A DNA stretch of 50,014 nt from Candidatus Ornithoclostridium faecigallinarum (GTDB lineage Bacteria; Bacillota; Clostridia; Christensenellales; UBA3700), in assembly GCA_018713665.1 (NCBI GenBank), contig DVOI01000054.1, positions 1-50,014 of the forward strand. Reading direction: 5' to 3'. A program made the position numbers and the translations under genes. The notes beneath the pieces are model-generated. The model made no database searches. It was not told where the DNA came from and worked only from the letters and a program-made list of their open reading frames with translations. Every line of letters starts with the position of its first letter. Position 1 is the stretch's first letter. This document shows positions 18,288 through 27,674 of this stretch, in pieces.

Positions 18288-19546
18288 CACTCCACCAAGT
18301 CGGGGTGTTCTTCCACCTGCCACGGCAAGCCGTTCTTGTTCAGCTCGTCCATGTACGGATCGGGGTCGAACTCCTCGCATGTGAACACGCCGTCCCTGTT
18401 CCACTTGCCCGTCAGCAGCATCTTGGCGCCTATCATCGCCGGTACGCCCGTCGTGTAGGATATCGCCTGTGACTCGACCTCTTTGTAGCACTCCTGATGG
18501 TCGCAGACGTTGTAGATGTAGGCGGTCTTGCGCTTGCCGTCCTTGACGCCGGTGAAGATGCAGCCGATGTTGGTCTTGCCCTTGGTGCGCGGACCGAGCG
18601 ACGCCGGATCGGGCAGCAGCGCCTTGAGGAACTGTATCGGCACGATCTCCCTGCCCTCGTACATTATCGGCGAAGTGGACAGCATGCCGACGTTCTCCAA
18701 ACACTTCATGTGCGTCAGATAGCTCTGCCCGAACGTCATGAAGAAGCGGATGCGCTTGACCCCCTTGATGTTCTTGGCGAGCGACTCTATCTCTTCGTGA
18801 TGGAGTAGGTACATGTCCTTGACTCCGACGCCGTCAAAGTCGTATTGACGCTTGATGCTCATCGGCGGGATCTCGACCCACTTGCCGTCCTCCCAATACG
18901 ACCCCGGCGCGGAAACTTCGCGCAGATTGATCTCGGGATTGAAGTTGGTCGCGAACGGATAGCCGTGGTCGCCGCCGTTGCAGTCGAGGATGTCGATGGT
19001 CTCGATCGTGTCGAACAGATGCTTTTGCGCGTACGCGCAGAACACCTGCGTCACGCCCGGGTCAAAGCCCGAACCGAGCAGCGCGGTCAAGCCCGCCTTC
19101 TCGAACTTCTCCTTGTAGTCCCACTGCCACGAGTAGTCGAACAGCGCGGTGAAGCCCTGCTCTTTGCACCTCTTCTCGTACCTCGCCTTCCAGACGGGAT
19201 CGTCGAGATTTTCGGGCTCGTAGTTGGCGGTGTCCATATAGTCGACGCCGCATTCGAGGCAGGCGTCCATGATCGTCAGGTCCTGATAGGGAAGCGCGAT
19301 GTTCATCACGAGGTCGGGCTTGACCTCGCGGATGAGAGAGACGAGCGCGTCAAAGTCGTCCGCGTCCACCTCGGCGGTGGATATCTTTGTCGCAGTCTTG
19401 CCTTTGAGCTTCGCCGCCAAGTCGTCGCACTTGGACTTGGTGCGGCTGGCGATGACTATCTCGCCGAACACGTCGCTGTTCATGCAGCACTTGCGGATTG
19501 CGACGGAAGCGACCCCGCCGCAGCCGATGATCAAAACTTTTGCCAT
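18287..19546 (-). CDS. Carboxy(nor)spermidine dehydrogenase/synthase (saccharopine dehydrogenase family)
   Basis: IIGCGGV Rossmann motif, ALPYQDL, DTANYEP, GFDPG, FATNFNPEIN; translationally coupled to nspC. Confidence 0.92.
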   Translation of the reverse strand: MAKVLIIGCGGVASVAIRKCCMNSDVFGEIVIASRTKSKCDDLAAKLKGKTATKISTAEVDADDFDALVSLIREVKPDLVMNIALPYQDLTIMDACLECGVDYMDTANYEPENLDDPVWKARYEKRCKEQGFTALFDYSWQWDYKEKFEKAGLTALLGSGFDPGVTQVFCAYAQKHLFDTIETIDILDCNGGDHGYPFATNFNPEINLREVSAPGSYWEDGKWVEIPPMSIKRQYDFDGVGVKDMYLLHHEEIESLAKNIKGVKRIRFFMTFGQSYLTHMKCLENVGMLSTSPIMYEGREIVPIQFLKALLPDPASLGPRTKGKTNIGCIFTGVKDGKRKTAYIYNVCDHQECYKEVESQAISYTTGVPAMIGAKMLLTGKWNRDGVFTCEEFDPDPYMDELNKNGLPWQVEEHPDLVE

Positions 19547-19547
19547 T

Positions 19548-20411
19548 TCACTTCTCCTTTATCCCGAGCGCGATTAACAATTCGCGCACGATCTTACATG
19601 CCGCGGCGGTAGAAGCGCCGCTCGCGTCGTAGTGGGGGCTGAGCTCGTTGACGTCCAGCCCTATCACGTTGCACCTTCTCGCGACAAAAGTCGCCGCGCG
19701 GCGCAATTTGTCAAAAGACACTCCTCCCGGTTCGGGCGTCCCCGTCCCCGGGAACACCGACGGATCGAGCACGTCGAGGTCGAGCGTAAAGTAGACGGGC
19801 TTGCCGGCGAGGTCTTGTACGACCCCCTCCAACCCGTCGAAGTCGAACTTGTGCATGTCCGTCTCGGACGCGGCGAAGACGAACTCCGACCTGTCGCCCG
19901 AACGTATGCCGAATTGGTGTATCCTGCCCTTGCCGACAAGCTCCCAACACCGCCTTAACACACACGCGTGCGAAAATTTCACTCCGAGATAGTCGTCCCG
20001 AAGGTCGGCGTGAGCGTCGAAGTGGACGATGTGCAGATCGGGGTATTTGCGCACCGCCGCTCTGACCGCGCCGAGCGTGACGAGATGTTCGCCGCCCAGC
20101 ATGAACGGGACCTTGCCCGCCGCAAATATGTCCGCCGCAGCCTCCTCTATCGCGGCGAGCACAAGCTGAGAGTCGCCTATCGCAAGCTCGAGATCGCCGG
20201 CGTCGCAGACGGCGACTTCGGACAGCTCGGCGTCGAGATAGGGGCTGTACTCTTCAAGCCCGATCGAGTCGACGCGTATCGCCCGAGGTCCCGACCTCGT
20301 CCCGGGGCGGAAGGAAGTCGTGCCGTCGAACGGCGCGCCGAACATCACGATGTCCGCCTCTTCGAACGGACGGTCGCAGCCCATGAATGCGTCAATCTGT
20401 CTGCTCAACAT
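19548..20411 (-). CDS. speB: Agmatinase (ureohydrolase)
   Basis: GAPFDGT, GGEH, FDAHADL, DLDVLDP, GTGTPE. Confidence 0.92.
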   Translation of the reverse strand: MLSRQIDAFMGCDRPFEEADIVMFGAPFDGTTSFRPGTRSGPRAIRVDSIGLEEYSPYLDAELSEVAVCDAGDLELAIGDSQLVLAAIEEAAADIFAAGKVPFMLGGEHLVTLGAVRAAVRKYPDLHIVHFDAHADLRDDYLGVKFSHACVLRRCWELVGKGRIHQFGIRSGDRSEFVFAASETDMHKFDFDGLEGVVQDLAGKPVYFTLDLDVLDPSVFPGTGTPEPGGVSFDKLRRAATFVARRCNVIGLDVNELSPHYDASGASTAAACKIVRELLIALGIKEK

Positions 20412-21252
20412 TTTTCAAAAGTTCCTCCACATATGCCGGAATGTAGAACGCGCCCTTGTGCAGCGTCGTAGTATAGTAGCGGCACTTGAACCCGCGCATG
20501 TTCCATCTGCGCTCGTTGAGATCGCGCAGCGGATGATACTTCTTGGAAGCGAAACCGAACAGCCAATGCCCCGAAGGATAGGTCGGGATGTGCGCCTGAT
20601 AGACCTTCGCCGCCGGGAAGGACTCCACTATCCTCTTGTGCGCGCGCTGGCAGGCGAGAGCGTCCTCGGCGTAAAACGGACTTTCGTGCTGATTGATCAT
20701 GATGCCGTCCTCGTGCAAAGCCTTGCAGCAATTGCCGTAAAACTCGCGCGTGAACAGCCCTTCGCCCGGCCCGAACGGGTCGGTGCTGTCGACGATGATG
20801 AGATCGTATTCGTCCTTGCAGCCTCTGACGAAACGCAAGCCGTCGCGGTAGTGTATCGTCACGCGCGGATCGTCGAGCGAACAGGTGACCTCGGGGAAAA
20901 ACTCGCGGCTGACTTCGACGACCTGTTTGTCGATCTCGACAAGGTCGATGTGCTCGACGTCGTCGTAACGGCAAAGCTCGCGCACCGCGCCGCCGTCGCC
21001 GCCGCCTATCACCAGCACTCTCCTGACGCGCGGATGCACCGCCATCGCCGGATGCACGATCATCTCGTGATAGATGAACTCGTCCTTTTGGGTGAGCATC
21101 ATGTAGCCGTCGAGCACGAGGAAGCGCCCGAACTCGGGGCTGTCGAACACGTCGATGCGCTGAAAGTCGCTGTGTCCGCTGTAAAGCTGCCTGTCCACGC
21201 GGATGGACAGCTTGACGTCCTTGGTGTGCAATTCCGAAAACCAATAATCCAT
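20392..21252 (-). CDS. speE: Polyamine aminopropyltransferase (spermidine synthase family)
   Basis: DEFIYHEM, GGGDGG, VEID, DSTDP, IPTYPSG. Confidence 0.95.
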   Translation of the reverse strand: MDYWFSELHTKDVKLSIRVDRQLYSGHSDFQRIDVFDSPEFGRFLVLDGYMMLTQKDEFIYHEMIVHPAMAVHPRVRRVLVIGGGDGGAVRELCRYDDVEHIDLVEIDKQVVEVSREFFPEVTCSLDDPRVTIHYRDGLRFVRGCKDEYDLIIVDSTDPFGPGEGLFTREFYGNCCKALHEDGIMINQHESPFYAEDALACQRAHKRIVESFPAAKVYQAHIPTYPSGHWLFGFASKKYHPLRDLNERRWNMRGFKCRYYTTTLHKGAFYIPAYVEELLKNVEQTD

Positions 21253-21255
21253 TGC

Positions 21256-22710
21256 TCATTCCTCCACGACGTTGAGCTTCTCGATCGCCGGATCTTCGGG
21301 CCCCGTCATCTGGCAGCCCTTCTCCTTGGCGTAGGCGATGTAGTCGAGTATGCGGCGCGTGATGCGCTCGCCGGGCGCGAGGATTGGGATGCCGGGCGGA
21401 TAGCACATCACGAACTCGCTGCAAATCCTGCCCTCCGTCTTTTCGATGGGAAGCATCTCCTCTTTGTCCGCGTAGAACGCGTCCTGCGGACTCATCTCGA
21501 CGATGGGCTCGATGTATTCGTGCTTCATCAAGCCCGCCTTTGACTTTTTGTACAACCGGCGTATCTCCGCGAGCGCGCTGACAAGCCGCTCGATGTCCCT
21601 CTCCCTGTCGCCGATGGACAGATAGGCGAGGATGTTGCCGAGGTCGCCGAACTCAATCTGAATGTCGTACTCGTCGCGCAGCAGGTCGTAGACCTCTATG
21701 CCGGCGAGCCCTATGTCAAGAGTGTTGACCGACAGCTTTGTCTCGTCAAAGTCGAACACGGTGTCGCCGTTGACGAGCTCTTTGCCGTATGCATAGTAGT
21801 CGCCGATGTCATTGATCTCATCGCGGGCGTAGCGCGCCATGCGCATCACCTCGCCGAACGCCTGCTCGCCTCTGAGCGCGAGATTGCGGCGCGAGATGTC
21901 GAGCGAGGACAGCAGCAGATAGGACGCGCTGGTCGTCTGCGTGAGGTTGATCACCTGGCGGACGTAGCCGTCCTGCATCGCGGGCCCCGTCAACAGCAGC
22001 GAGCTCTGCGTGAGCGAACCGCCCGACTTGTGCATGGACACCGCCGCCATATCCGCGCCTGCCGCCATTGCCGAGACGGGCATGTCCTTGCCGAAATAAA
22101 AATGAGTGCCGTGCGCCTCGTCGACGATGCAAAGCATGCCGGCGGCGTGAGCGAGCGACACGATCGCGCGCAGATCGCTGCAAATGCCATAATAGGTGGG
22201 ATTGTTGACGAGCACCGCCTTGGCGTCGGGATTGGCGGCGATCGCCCTCTTGACCGCGTCCACGCTCATCCCGAGCGATATCCCAAGCCTGTCGTCCGTC
22301 TCGGGGTCGACATAGACGGGCACCGCGCCGTTGAGGACCATCGCGGTCATAACGCTGCGGTGGACGTTGCGGGGCAGGATGATCTTTTCGCCGCGCTTGG
22401 TCACCGTCAAGATCATCGTCTGTACCGCCGACGTCGTGCCGCCGACCATGAGGAACGCGCCGTGCGCGCCGAACGCCTCGGCGGCGAGCTGCTCCGCGTC
22501 CCTGATCACCGAGACCGGGTGGCAGAGATTGTCCAGACACTTCATCGAGTTGACGTCGAGCGACACGCACTTTTGCCCGAGAAGCTCGGTCAATTCGGGA
22601 TTGCCTCTGCCGCGCTTGTGCCCCGGTACGTCAAAGGGCACGAGACGCATGCTCTTCATCTCTTGAAGGGCTTCATAGATGGGTGCGCTCGTCTGCGACA
22701 GCTTTTTCAT
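21256..22710 (-). CDS. speA: Orn/Lys/Arg decarboxylase class I (probable arginine decarboxylase)
   Basis: VPGHK, RNVHRS, PTYYG, DEAHG, SMHK, YPPGIP. Confidence 0.88.
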   Translation of the reverse strand: MKKLSQTSAPIYEALQEMKSMRLVPFDVPGHKRGRGNPELTELLGQKCVSLDVNSMKCLDNLCHPVSVIRDAEQLAAEAFGAHGAFLMVGGTTSAVQTMILTVTKRGEKIILPRNVHRSVMTAMVLNGAVPVYVDPETDDRLGISLGMSVDAVKRAIAANPDAKAVLVNNPTYYGICSDLRAIVSLAHAAGMLCIVDEAHGTHFYFGKDMPVSAMAAGADMAAVSMHKSGGSLTQSSLLLTGPAMQDGYVRQVINLTQTTSASYLLLSSLDISRRNLALRGEQAFGEVMRMARYARDEINDIGDYYAYGKELVNGDTVFDFDETKLSVNTLDIGLAGIEVYDLLRDEYDIQIEFGDLGNILAYLSIGDRERDIERLVSALAEIRRLYKKSKAGLMKHEYIEPIVEMSPQDAFYADKEEMLPIEKTEGRICSEFVMCYPPGIPILAPGERITRRILDYIAYAKEKGCQMTGPEDPAIEKLNVVEE

Positions 22711-23477
22711 TTGCGTGCGGAAAAGACGTTGCGTCCGCTGAAGATCTCGATCATCTCGCGGCGCAGATTGTCCATGATTTCGAGCCTCGTGCGGGGCGGC
22801 AGTTCATAGACGTCTGTCTTGAAAAGATAGTTTTGAAGGTCGATGTCCTTGACCATCATCTTGGTGTGGTAGATGTTCGCCTCATAGACGTTGATGTCGA
22901 CCGCGTCGTAGCGGCGCAGCGTCTCGGGCGCGATGTAATCCTGTATGGACTTGACGTCGTGGTCCATGAACAGCTTTTGCCCGTCGACGTCGCGCGTGAA
23001 ACCGCGCACGCGGTAGTCGAGCGAAATGATGTCCGAATCAAAAGAATCAATCAAATAGTCGAGCGTGGACAAAGGGGTGATCTCGCCGCAGGTCGCGACG
23101 TCGATGTCGACGCGGAAAGTCGCGAGCGAGGTCTCGGGATGAAACTCCGGATAGGTGTGCACGGTGACGTGGCTCTTGTCCAGATGCGCAAGCTGGGTCT
23201 CCCCTGCCGGGATCATGCTGTCCTCGGCGATCAGCACGGCAACGGACGCGCCCTGCGGCTCGTAGTCCTGGCTGGCGATGTTGAGCACCTTGGCGCCGAT
23301 CATATCGGTCAGCGTCGTCAAAATGTTGGTCAGCCTCTCCGAGTTGTACTGCCCGTCGATGTACGCGATGTAATCGCGCTGTTCGCGCGCGGTCTTGGCG
23401 TAGCAGACATCGTAGATGTTGAAGCTGAGCGATTTGGTCAGGTTGTTGAAGCCGTACAGCTTGAGTTTGTCTCCCAT
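22707..23477 (-). CDS. speD: S-adenosylmethionine decarboxylase proenzyme (long, E. coli-like class)
   Basis: [32 protein letters not shown] self-cleavage site, TCG; alternative in-frame TTG start at 23531. Confidence 0.95.
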   Translation of the reverse strand: MGDKLKLYGFNNLTKSLSFNIYDVCYAKTAREQRDYIAYIDGQYNSERLTNILTTLTDMIGAKVLNIASQDYEPQGASVAVLIAEDSMIPAGETQLAHLDKSHVTVHTYPEFHPETSLATFRVDIDVATCGEITPLSTLDYLIDSFDSDIISLDYRVRGFTRDVDGQKLFMDHDVKSIQDYIAPETLRRYDAVDINVYEANIYHTKMMVKDIDLQNYLFKTDVYELPPRTRLEIMDNLRREMIEIFSGRNVFSARK

Positions 23478-23490
23478 AAGCGTCTCCCAT

Positions 23491-23777
23491 GAGAAAGGCG
23501 ACATGCACTCCGCATATCGCCCGTAAAACAACCGTCAATCCTCCACGGATATCTTCAGAGTCTATATAGCAAATACACTTTTACTACTCTTATTGATTGT
23601 TTTACAAGCGGTTTGTGCTTTCGCACTGTTTGTTGAGTAACCAACTCATAAGATCGAGCGAACTCGATCACAATAAGGCAACTTGCGTTGCGATCGGCAG
23701 TGGACCCGGCTGTCCGTATGGCCTTATCCTTGCGGGAGGTCCGAATATTTGCATGGATACTCTGTGATATCCCATGT
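23491..23777 (-). ncRNA. Candidate cis-regulatory structured RNA (polyamine operon leader)
   Basis: Closing helix 23544-23575 with 23746-23776; GCAA, UUCG and GAAA tetraloop hairpins on the minus strand; competing pairings; terminator-like hairpin at 23497-23521. Confidence 0.7.
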
Positions 23778-23783
23778 ACCCCT

Positions 23784-23812
23784 ATTGTAACCAAAAGAAA
23801 GGGATAAGTCAA
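23784..23812 (-). promoter_or_regulatory. sigma-A promoter of the polyamine operon
   Basis: TTGACT-17bp-TACAAT. Confidence 0.8.
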
Positions 23813-23822
23813 CTATATCGAC

Positions 23823-23859
23823 AAATAAAAAACGCGCGCGCCGAAACGCACGCGCTTTT
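23823..23859 (-). terminator. Intrinsic terminator of the MFS gene
   Basis: GCGCGTGCG-TTTCGG-CGCGCGCG followed by TTTTTTATTT on the minus strand. Confidence 0.7.
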
Positions 23860-23873
23860 CGTGAACCTGTCTC

Positions 23874-25334
23874 TCATTCCGCAAACCTTCCGCCGCCGTG
23901 AGAGGCACTATCGGCGATATCGACGGCTGCGCTCTCGCCGCTTACGTCGTCTGCCGCCGCGGCGCGGCGCTTGGCAAGCTCCTCTTTGATCGTATTGAAG
24001 CGGTCGCGCCCCATGTTCGCCCTGTGCGAAAAGACGATAGAGACAAGGAAGATAACGCCGGGAAGCACGCCGAGCACGACGCGCACCGCCATAAGCGCGC
24101 TGTCGGGCTGATCGATCACCGTGCCGTCCATGCTCTCGGTGTAGCCGAACGCCTCGAGTACGAGCGATACGAGCGCGATGGATACGCCGCTGGCGATCTT
24201 GTACATGAATTGAGTTATGCCGTAGTAGGCGCCCTCGCGGCGGACGCCGTTGACGTACTCGTCCACCTCTATGACATCGGGCACGCCCGCATAGGGCAAG
24301 ATCTGTATAGCCGACATCCCGGCCCCTGCGAACACACACAAAAGCACCGTCGACCAGACCGTCTCTGCCGGCACGAAGATTGCGAACAACAGCACGAACG
24401 CCATGTACACGCATGCGACGACGTAGACCTTGTGCTTGTTGTACTTCTCGCTGAGCTTGACCCATAGTGCGGACGACGCTATCGCGCAGACGAGCGGAAT
24501 CGCAACAAAGATCATCGCCATCGCGCCGCCGCCGAAGCCAAGCGAGTCGTTGATGAAGAACATGAACACCGCCATGATGATGTCAAACCCGACCATGCTG
24601 AGCAGGTAGCACATCATGATGTTGCGGAACTCGGGCAGCTTGAAAAATTCTTTGAGCGTGGTGAAAAAGCCCTTGTCGTTCTCGGGCGCGTCGGACACGC
24701 GCTCTTTGATGTTGTAGCCGCTGAAAAACATGATCGCGACCGCAATCGCCGCAAATATGCCCGCGGCGAGAAGATAGGCGCGCTTGCTGTCGCCGAATAT
24801 GCCGTAAAACACGCTCTCGACGCCGTCCGCAAGCAGCGCGAACACCGCCGCGCCGATGATGAGCCCGACGTTGGCGAGCGCAATACGGATGCCGTTGAGC
24901 GAAGTCCTCTCGTCATAGTCGTCCGTCATGTTGGCGGTAACGGAGTTGTACGGGATGTAGACGACCGTCCATGCGGTGTTGAACAGCATGTAGGCAAAGG
25001 TGTAGTACAGCATTTTTTCCCATTGTTGATCGGCGCCGCCCGGCACCAGCCAAAGCAACAGAAAACACAGCCCGTACGGCAGCGCGCCGAACAGCATATA
25101 TACCCTGCGCTTGCCCCACTTGCTTTGAGTCTTGTCGGTGATGCGCCCCATCAGGTAGTCGGTGATTGCGTCCCACGCCTTGGCGATGAGGAACACCGCC
25201 GACGCCAGCCCGGGCGAAAGCCCGCCGACATTGACGAAAAAGTAAAGCAAATAGAAGGAGATCGCCGCGAACAAAATGTTGGCGGACAGATCCCCGAGAC
25301 CATAACAGACCTTTTCTTTAACGGACAATTTCAT
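23874..25334 (-). CDS. MFS glycoside-pentoside-hexuronide (GPH/MelB-like) cation symporter
   Basis: EKVCYGLGD, WDAITD..MG.ITDKT.SKWG.RR, G.RREG.YYG; about 12 hydrophobic segments. Confidence 0.9.
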   Translation of the reverse strand: MKLSVKEKVCYGLGDLSANILFAAISFYLLYFFVNVGGLSPGLASAVFLIAKAWDAITDYLMGRITDKTQSKWGKRRVYMLFGALPYGLCFLLLWLVPGGADQQWEKMLYYTFAYMLFNTAWTVVYIPYNSVTANMTDDYDERTSLNGIRIALANVGLIIGAAVFALLADGVESVFYGIFGDSKRAYLLAAGIFAAIAVAIMFFSGYNIKERVSDAPENDKGFFTTLKEFFKLPEFRNIMMCYLLSMVGFDIIMAVFMFFINDSLGFGGGAMAMIFVAIPLVCAIASSALWVKLSEKYNKHKVYVVACVYMAFVLLFAIFVPAETVWSTVLLCVFAGAGMSAIQILPYAGVPDVIEVDEYVNGVRREGAYYGITQFMYKIASGVSIALVSLVLEAFGYTESMDGTVIDQPDSALMAVRVVLGVLPGVIFLVSIVFSHRANMGRDRFNTIKEELAKRRAAAADDVSGESAAVDIADSASHGGGRFAE

Positions 25335-25380
25335 ATTCTCCCGCGCGGCAGAGCCGCTCTCCTCTCTTGTATCCGTATCG

Positions 25381-25485
25381 ATTATACCACTTGCAAGCCG
25401 TCTCGCGCAATGCCCTCGCGAAAATTTCGCAATTTTCGCCGCGTGGGCGATTTTCCTTTGTTTTCGGCGCGGTTTGTGCTATCAT
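25381..25485. promoter_or_regulatory. Divergent promoters for the MFS gene and gltX
   Basis: Minus: TTGCGC-18-TATAAT with TG extension (25410-25381); plus: TGnTATCAT at 25477-25485. Confidence 0.6.
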
Positions 25486-25506
25486 AAAAGAAACACGCGA
25501 GGTATT

Positions 25507-26955
25507 ATGGAAAAAGTAAGAACGAGATTCGCCCCCTCTCCCACGGGCTTTATGCATATCGGCAACCTGCGTACCTGCCTGTACGCCTACCTCTACGCCA
25601 AAAAGCGCGGCGGCACCTTCGTGCTGCGCATTGAGGACACCGACCGCGAACGCTACGTCGAAGGCGCGGTCGACGTCATCTACCGCACCCTCGAGACCGC
25701 CGGCATCTCCCACGACGAAGGCCCCGACAAGGACGGCGGCTACGGTCCCTATATCCAAAGCGAACGCAAGCCCCTCTATCTCGAATATGCGAAAAAGCTG
25801 GTCGAGACGGGCGGCGCGTACTATTGCTTTTGCACAAAAGAGCGCCTCGCCTCCCTCGGCGGCGAAAACGGCGTGCACAAGTATGACAAACATTGCCTAG
25901 GTCTGTCCAAAGAAGAGGTCGAGGCGCGCCTCGCCGCAGGCGAACCGTACGTCATCCGCCAAAACGTCCCCACCGAGGGCGTGAGCGAATATGACGACAT
26001 GGTGTTCGGGCACATCGCCGTCCCCAACGCCGACATGGAGGACAACATCCTCATCAAGTCGGACGGCATGCCGACCTACAACTTCGCCAACGTCGTCGAC
26101 GACCACCTGATGCACATCAACTACGTCATCCGCGGCATGGAATATCTCTCCTCCACTCCCAAATACAATCTGCTCTACGATTCGTTCGGCTGGGAGAGAC
26201 CGCACTATATGCACCTGCCGCCCATCATGAAGGACGCGCAGCGCAAGCTGTCCAAGCGCTACGGCGACGCCAACTTCGAGGACTTCCTCGCAAAGGGCTA
26301 TCTGCCCGAGGCGATTGTCAACTACATCGCGCTGCTCGGCTGGAGCCCAAAAAACGACCGCGAAAAATTGAACATGGACGAATTGATCGAACTGTTCGAC
26401 GTCGACGGCATCTCCAAGTCGCCGTCCATCTTCGACGAGGCAAAGATGCGCTGGCTCAACGGCGAATACATCAAGGAGATGACCCCCGAGAAGTTCGTCG
26501 AGCGCGCGCGCAAGTTCTTGGACGAGAGCGCGGTCGCCGGCAAGTACGACTATCTCAAAGTCGCAAAATTGCTCATCCCCCGCGTCGAGATCTTGTCCGA
26601 AATTCCCGAAAAGGTGGAATGCCTGCGCTCGTTCGGCAAGTACGACCCGACGATGTTCGAACACAAAAAGATGAAGATCACGATGCCGCTCGCGCTCGAA
26701 GTGCTGCAAAAGTGCGCCGAACTGCTCCCCTCCGTCGACGAGTGGACGGACGAGTCGCTCAAAGCCGCGCTCAACGCGCTCGCCGAAAGAGAGGGCAAAA
26801 AGACGGGTCAGATCTATCTTCCCCTCCGCCTCGCAATCACCGGCGCGGCAACCACCCCCGGCGGCGCAACCGAAATGGCGGAATTGCTGGGCAAAGAAGA
26901 GAGCCTCAAACGCCTCGACTTCTCGATCGGATTGCTCAAAGAGGCGCTTGGATGA
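25507..26955 (+). CDS. gltX: Glutamate--tRNA ligase
   Basis: RTRFAPSPTG.MHIGN, LRIEDTD, KLSKR. Confidence 0.97.
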   Translation: MEKVRTRFAPSPTGFMHIGNLRTCLYAYLYAKKRGGTFVLRIEDTDRERYVEGAVDVIYRTLETAGISHDEGPDKDGGYGPYIQSERKPLYLEYAKKLVETGGAYYCFCTKERLASLGGENGVHKYDKHCLGLSKEEVEARLAAGEPYVIRQNVPTEGVSEYDDMVFGHIAVPNADMEDNILIKSDGMPTYNFANVVDDHLMHINYVIRGMEYLSSTPKYNLLYDSFGWERPHYMHLPPIMKDAQRKLSKRYGDANFEDFLAKGYLPEAIVNYIALLGWSPKNDREKLNMDELIELFDVDGISKSPSIFDEAKMRWLNGEYIKEMTPEKFVERARKFLDESAVAGKYDYLKVAKLLIPRVEILSEIPEKVECLRSFGKYDPTMFEHKKMKITMPLALEVLQKCAELLPSVDEWTDESLKAALNALAEREGKKTGQIYLPLRLAITGAATTPGGATEMAELLGKEESLKRLDFSIGLLKEALG

Positions 26956-27506
26956 TCAACGTCGTCTTGGTCAACCCCGAAATTCCCAACAACACCGGCA
27001 ATATCGTCCGCACATGCGCGGCGACCGGCGCGGTCCTGCACGTCATCGAGCCGTGCGGATTCAGCTGGGAAGACAAATGCCTCAAACGCAGCGGTCTCGA
27101 CTATTGGGAGATCTCGGACGTGCGCAGATATCCCGACATGCACGCCTTCCTCGCCGCAAACTTCGGCGACAAGGCGGCGAACACAGGCGACGTTCCGACC
27201 GACCTCAAAGTGACGAAGACAAACACGGGCACGCAATTTTTGTACGCGTCGACCAAGTCCAGACACACTCATTGCGAGGTGAGTTACCAAAGAGATTGCT
27301 ACGTCTTTTTCGGCAGAGAGACAAAGGGACTGCCCGAGGACATCCTGCACGCCAATTACGACGATTGCGTGCGCATACCTATGCGCGCAAACGCGCGCTC
27401 GCTCAACCTCGCCAACAGCGTTGCGATCATCGTCTACGAATATCTCCGGCAGCACGACTTCGCCGGCTTGAAAGAAGACGGCAAATTGACGCAATACGAC
27501 GATTGA
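26952..27506 (+). CDS. trmL: tRNA (cytidine/uridine(34)-2'-O)-methyltransferase
   Basis: PEIPNNTGNI.RTC, RSGLDYW, FGRETKGLP, RSLNLANSV; ATGA overlap with the gltX stop. Confidence 0.93.
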   Translation: MINVVLVNPEIPNNTGNIVRTCAATGAVLHVIEPCGFSWEDKCLKRSGLDYWEISDVRRYPDMHAFLAANFGDKAANTGDVPTDLKVTKTNTGTQFLYASTKSRHTHCEVSYQRDCYVFFGRETKGLPEDILHANYDDCVRIPMRANARSLNLANSVAIIVYEYLRQHDFAGLKEDGKLTQYDD

Positions 27507-27535
27507 AAAAGCGAGGCGAACCGCCCCGCTTTTTT
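27506..27535 (+). terminator. Intrinsic terminator after trmL
   Basis: AAAAAGCGAGGCG-AAC-CGCCCCGCTTTTTT. Confidence 0.7.
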
Positions 27536-27674
27536 GCTGTTTTGAAATCGGCACCGCGTTCGGTCGAACTTCCCTTTCGGCGAAAACGACGCTCGCGAAA
27601 AAGGCGCGGCTCCTTGGAACCGCGTCTTTTCTTCTGCATGGGACGGCTCGGGGACCGTCCTTTTCATTGTCTCG

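Noticed and set aside
16113-18458. 781-aa plus-strand ORF (also 43942-46038 and 29494-31335)
   Set aside because: Antisense to well-supported genes; Arg/Ala-rich shadow composition.
17178-18704. Apparent N-terminal extensions or fusions in the ORF track (nspC 508 aa; similarly cadA, HMA, gerB, gerC, spoIIE, trmL, TetR)
   Set aside because: The extensions are stop-free alternative frames overlapping neighbouring genes; family homology begins at internal starts.
23547-23562. CUGAAGA hammerhead-like core in the speD leader
   Set aside because: No GAAA after a stem II and no stem III/UH arrangement.
23491-23777. speD leader as tmRNA, 6S, RNase P, SRP or SAM-I
   Set aside because: Lacks tRNA-like ends, the GAGGAAAGUCC motif, rod-plus-bubble shape and the SAM-I core by eye; cmscan is still needed.
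27540-27670. Several short hairpins between trmL and hydA
   Set aside because: Adequately explained as terminators or stabilisers between convergent operons; no promoter or other copies seen.
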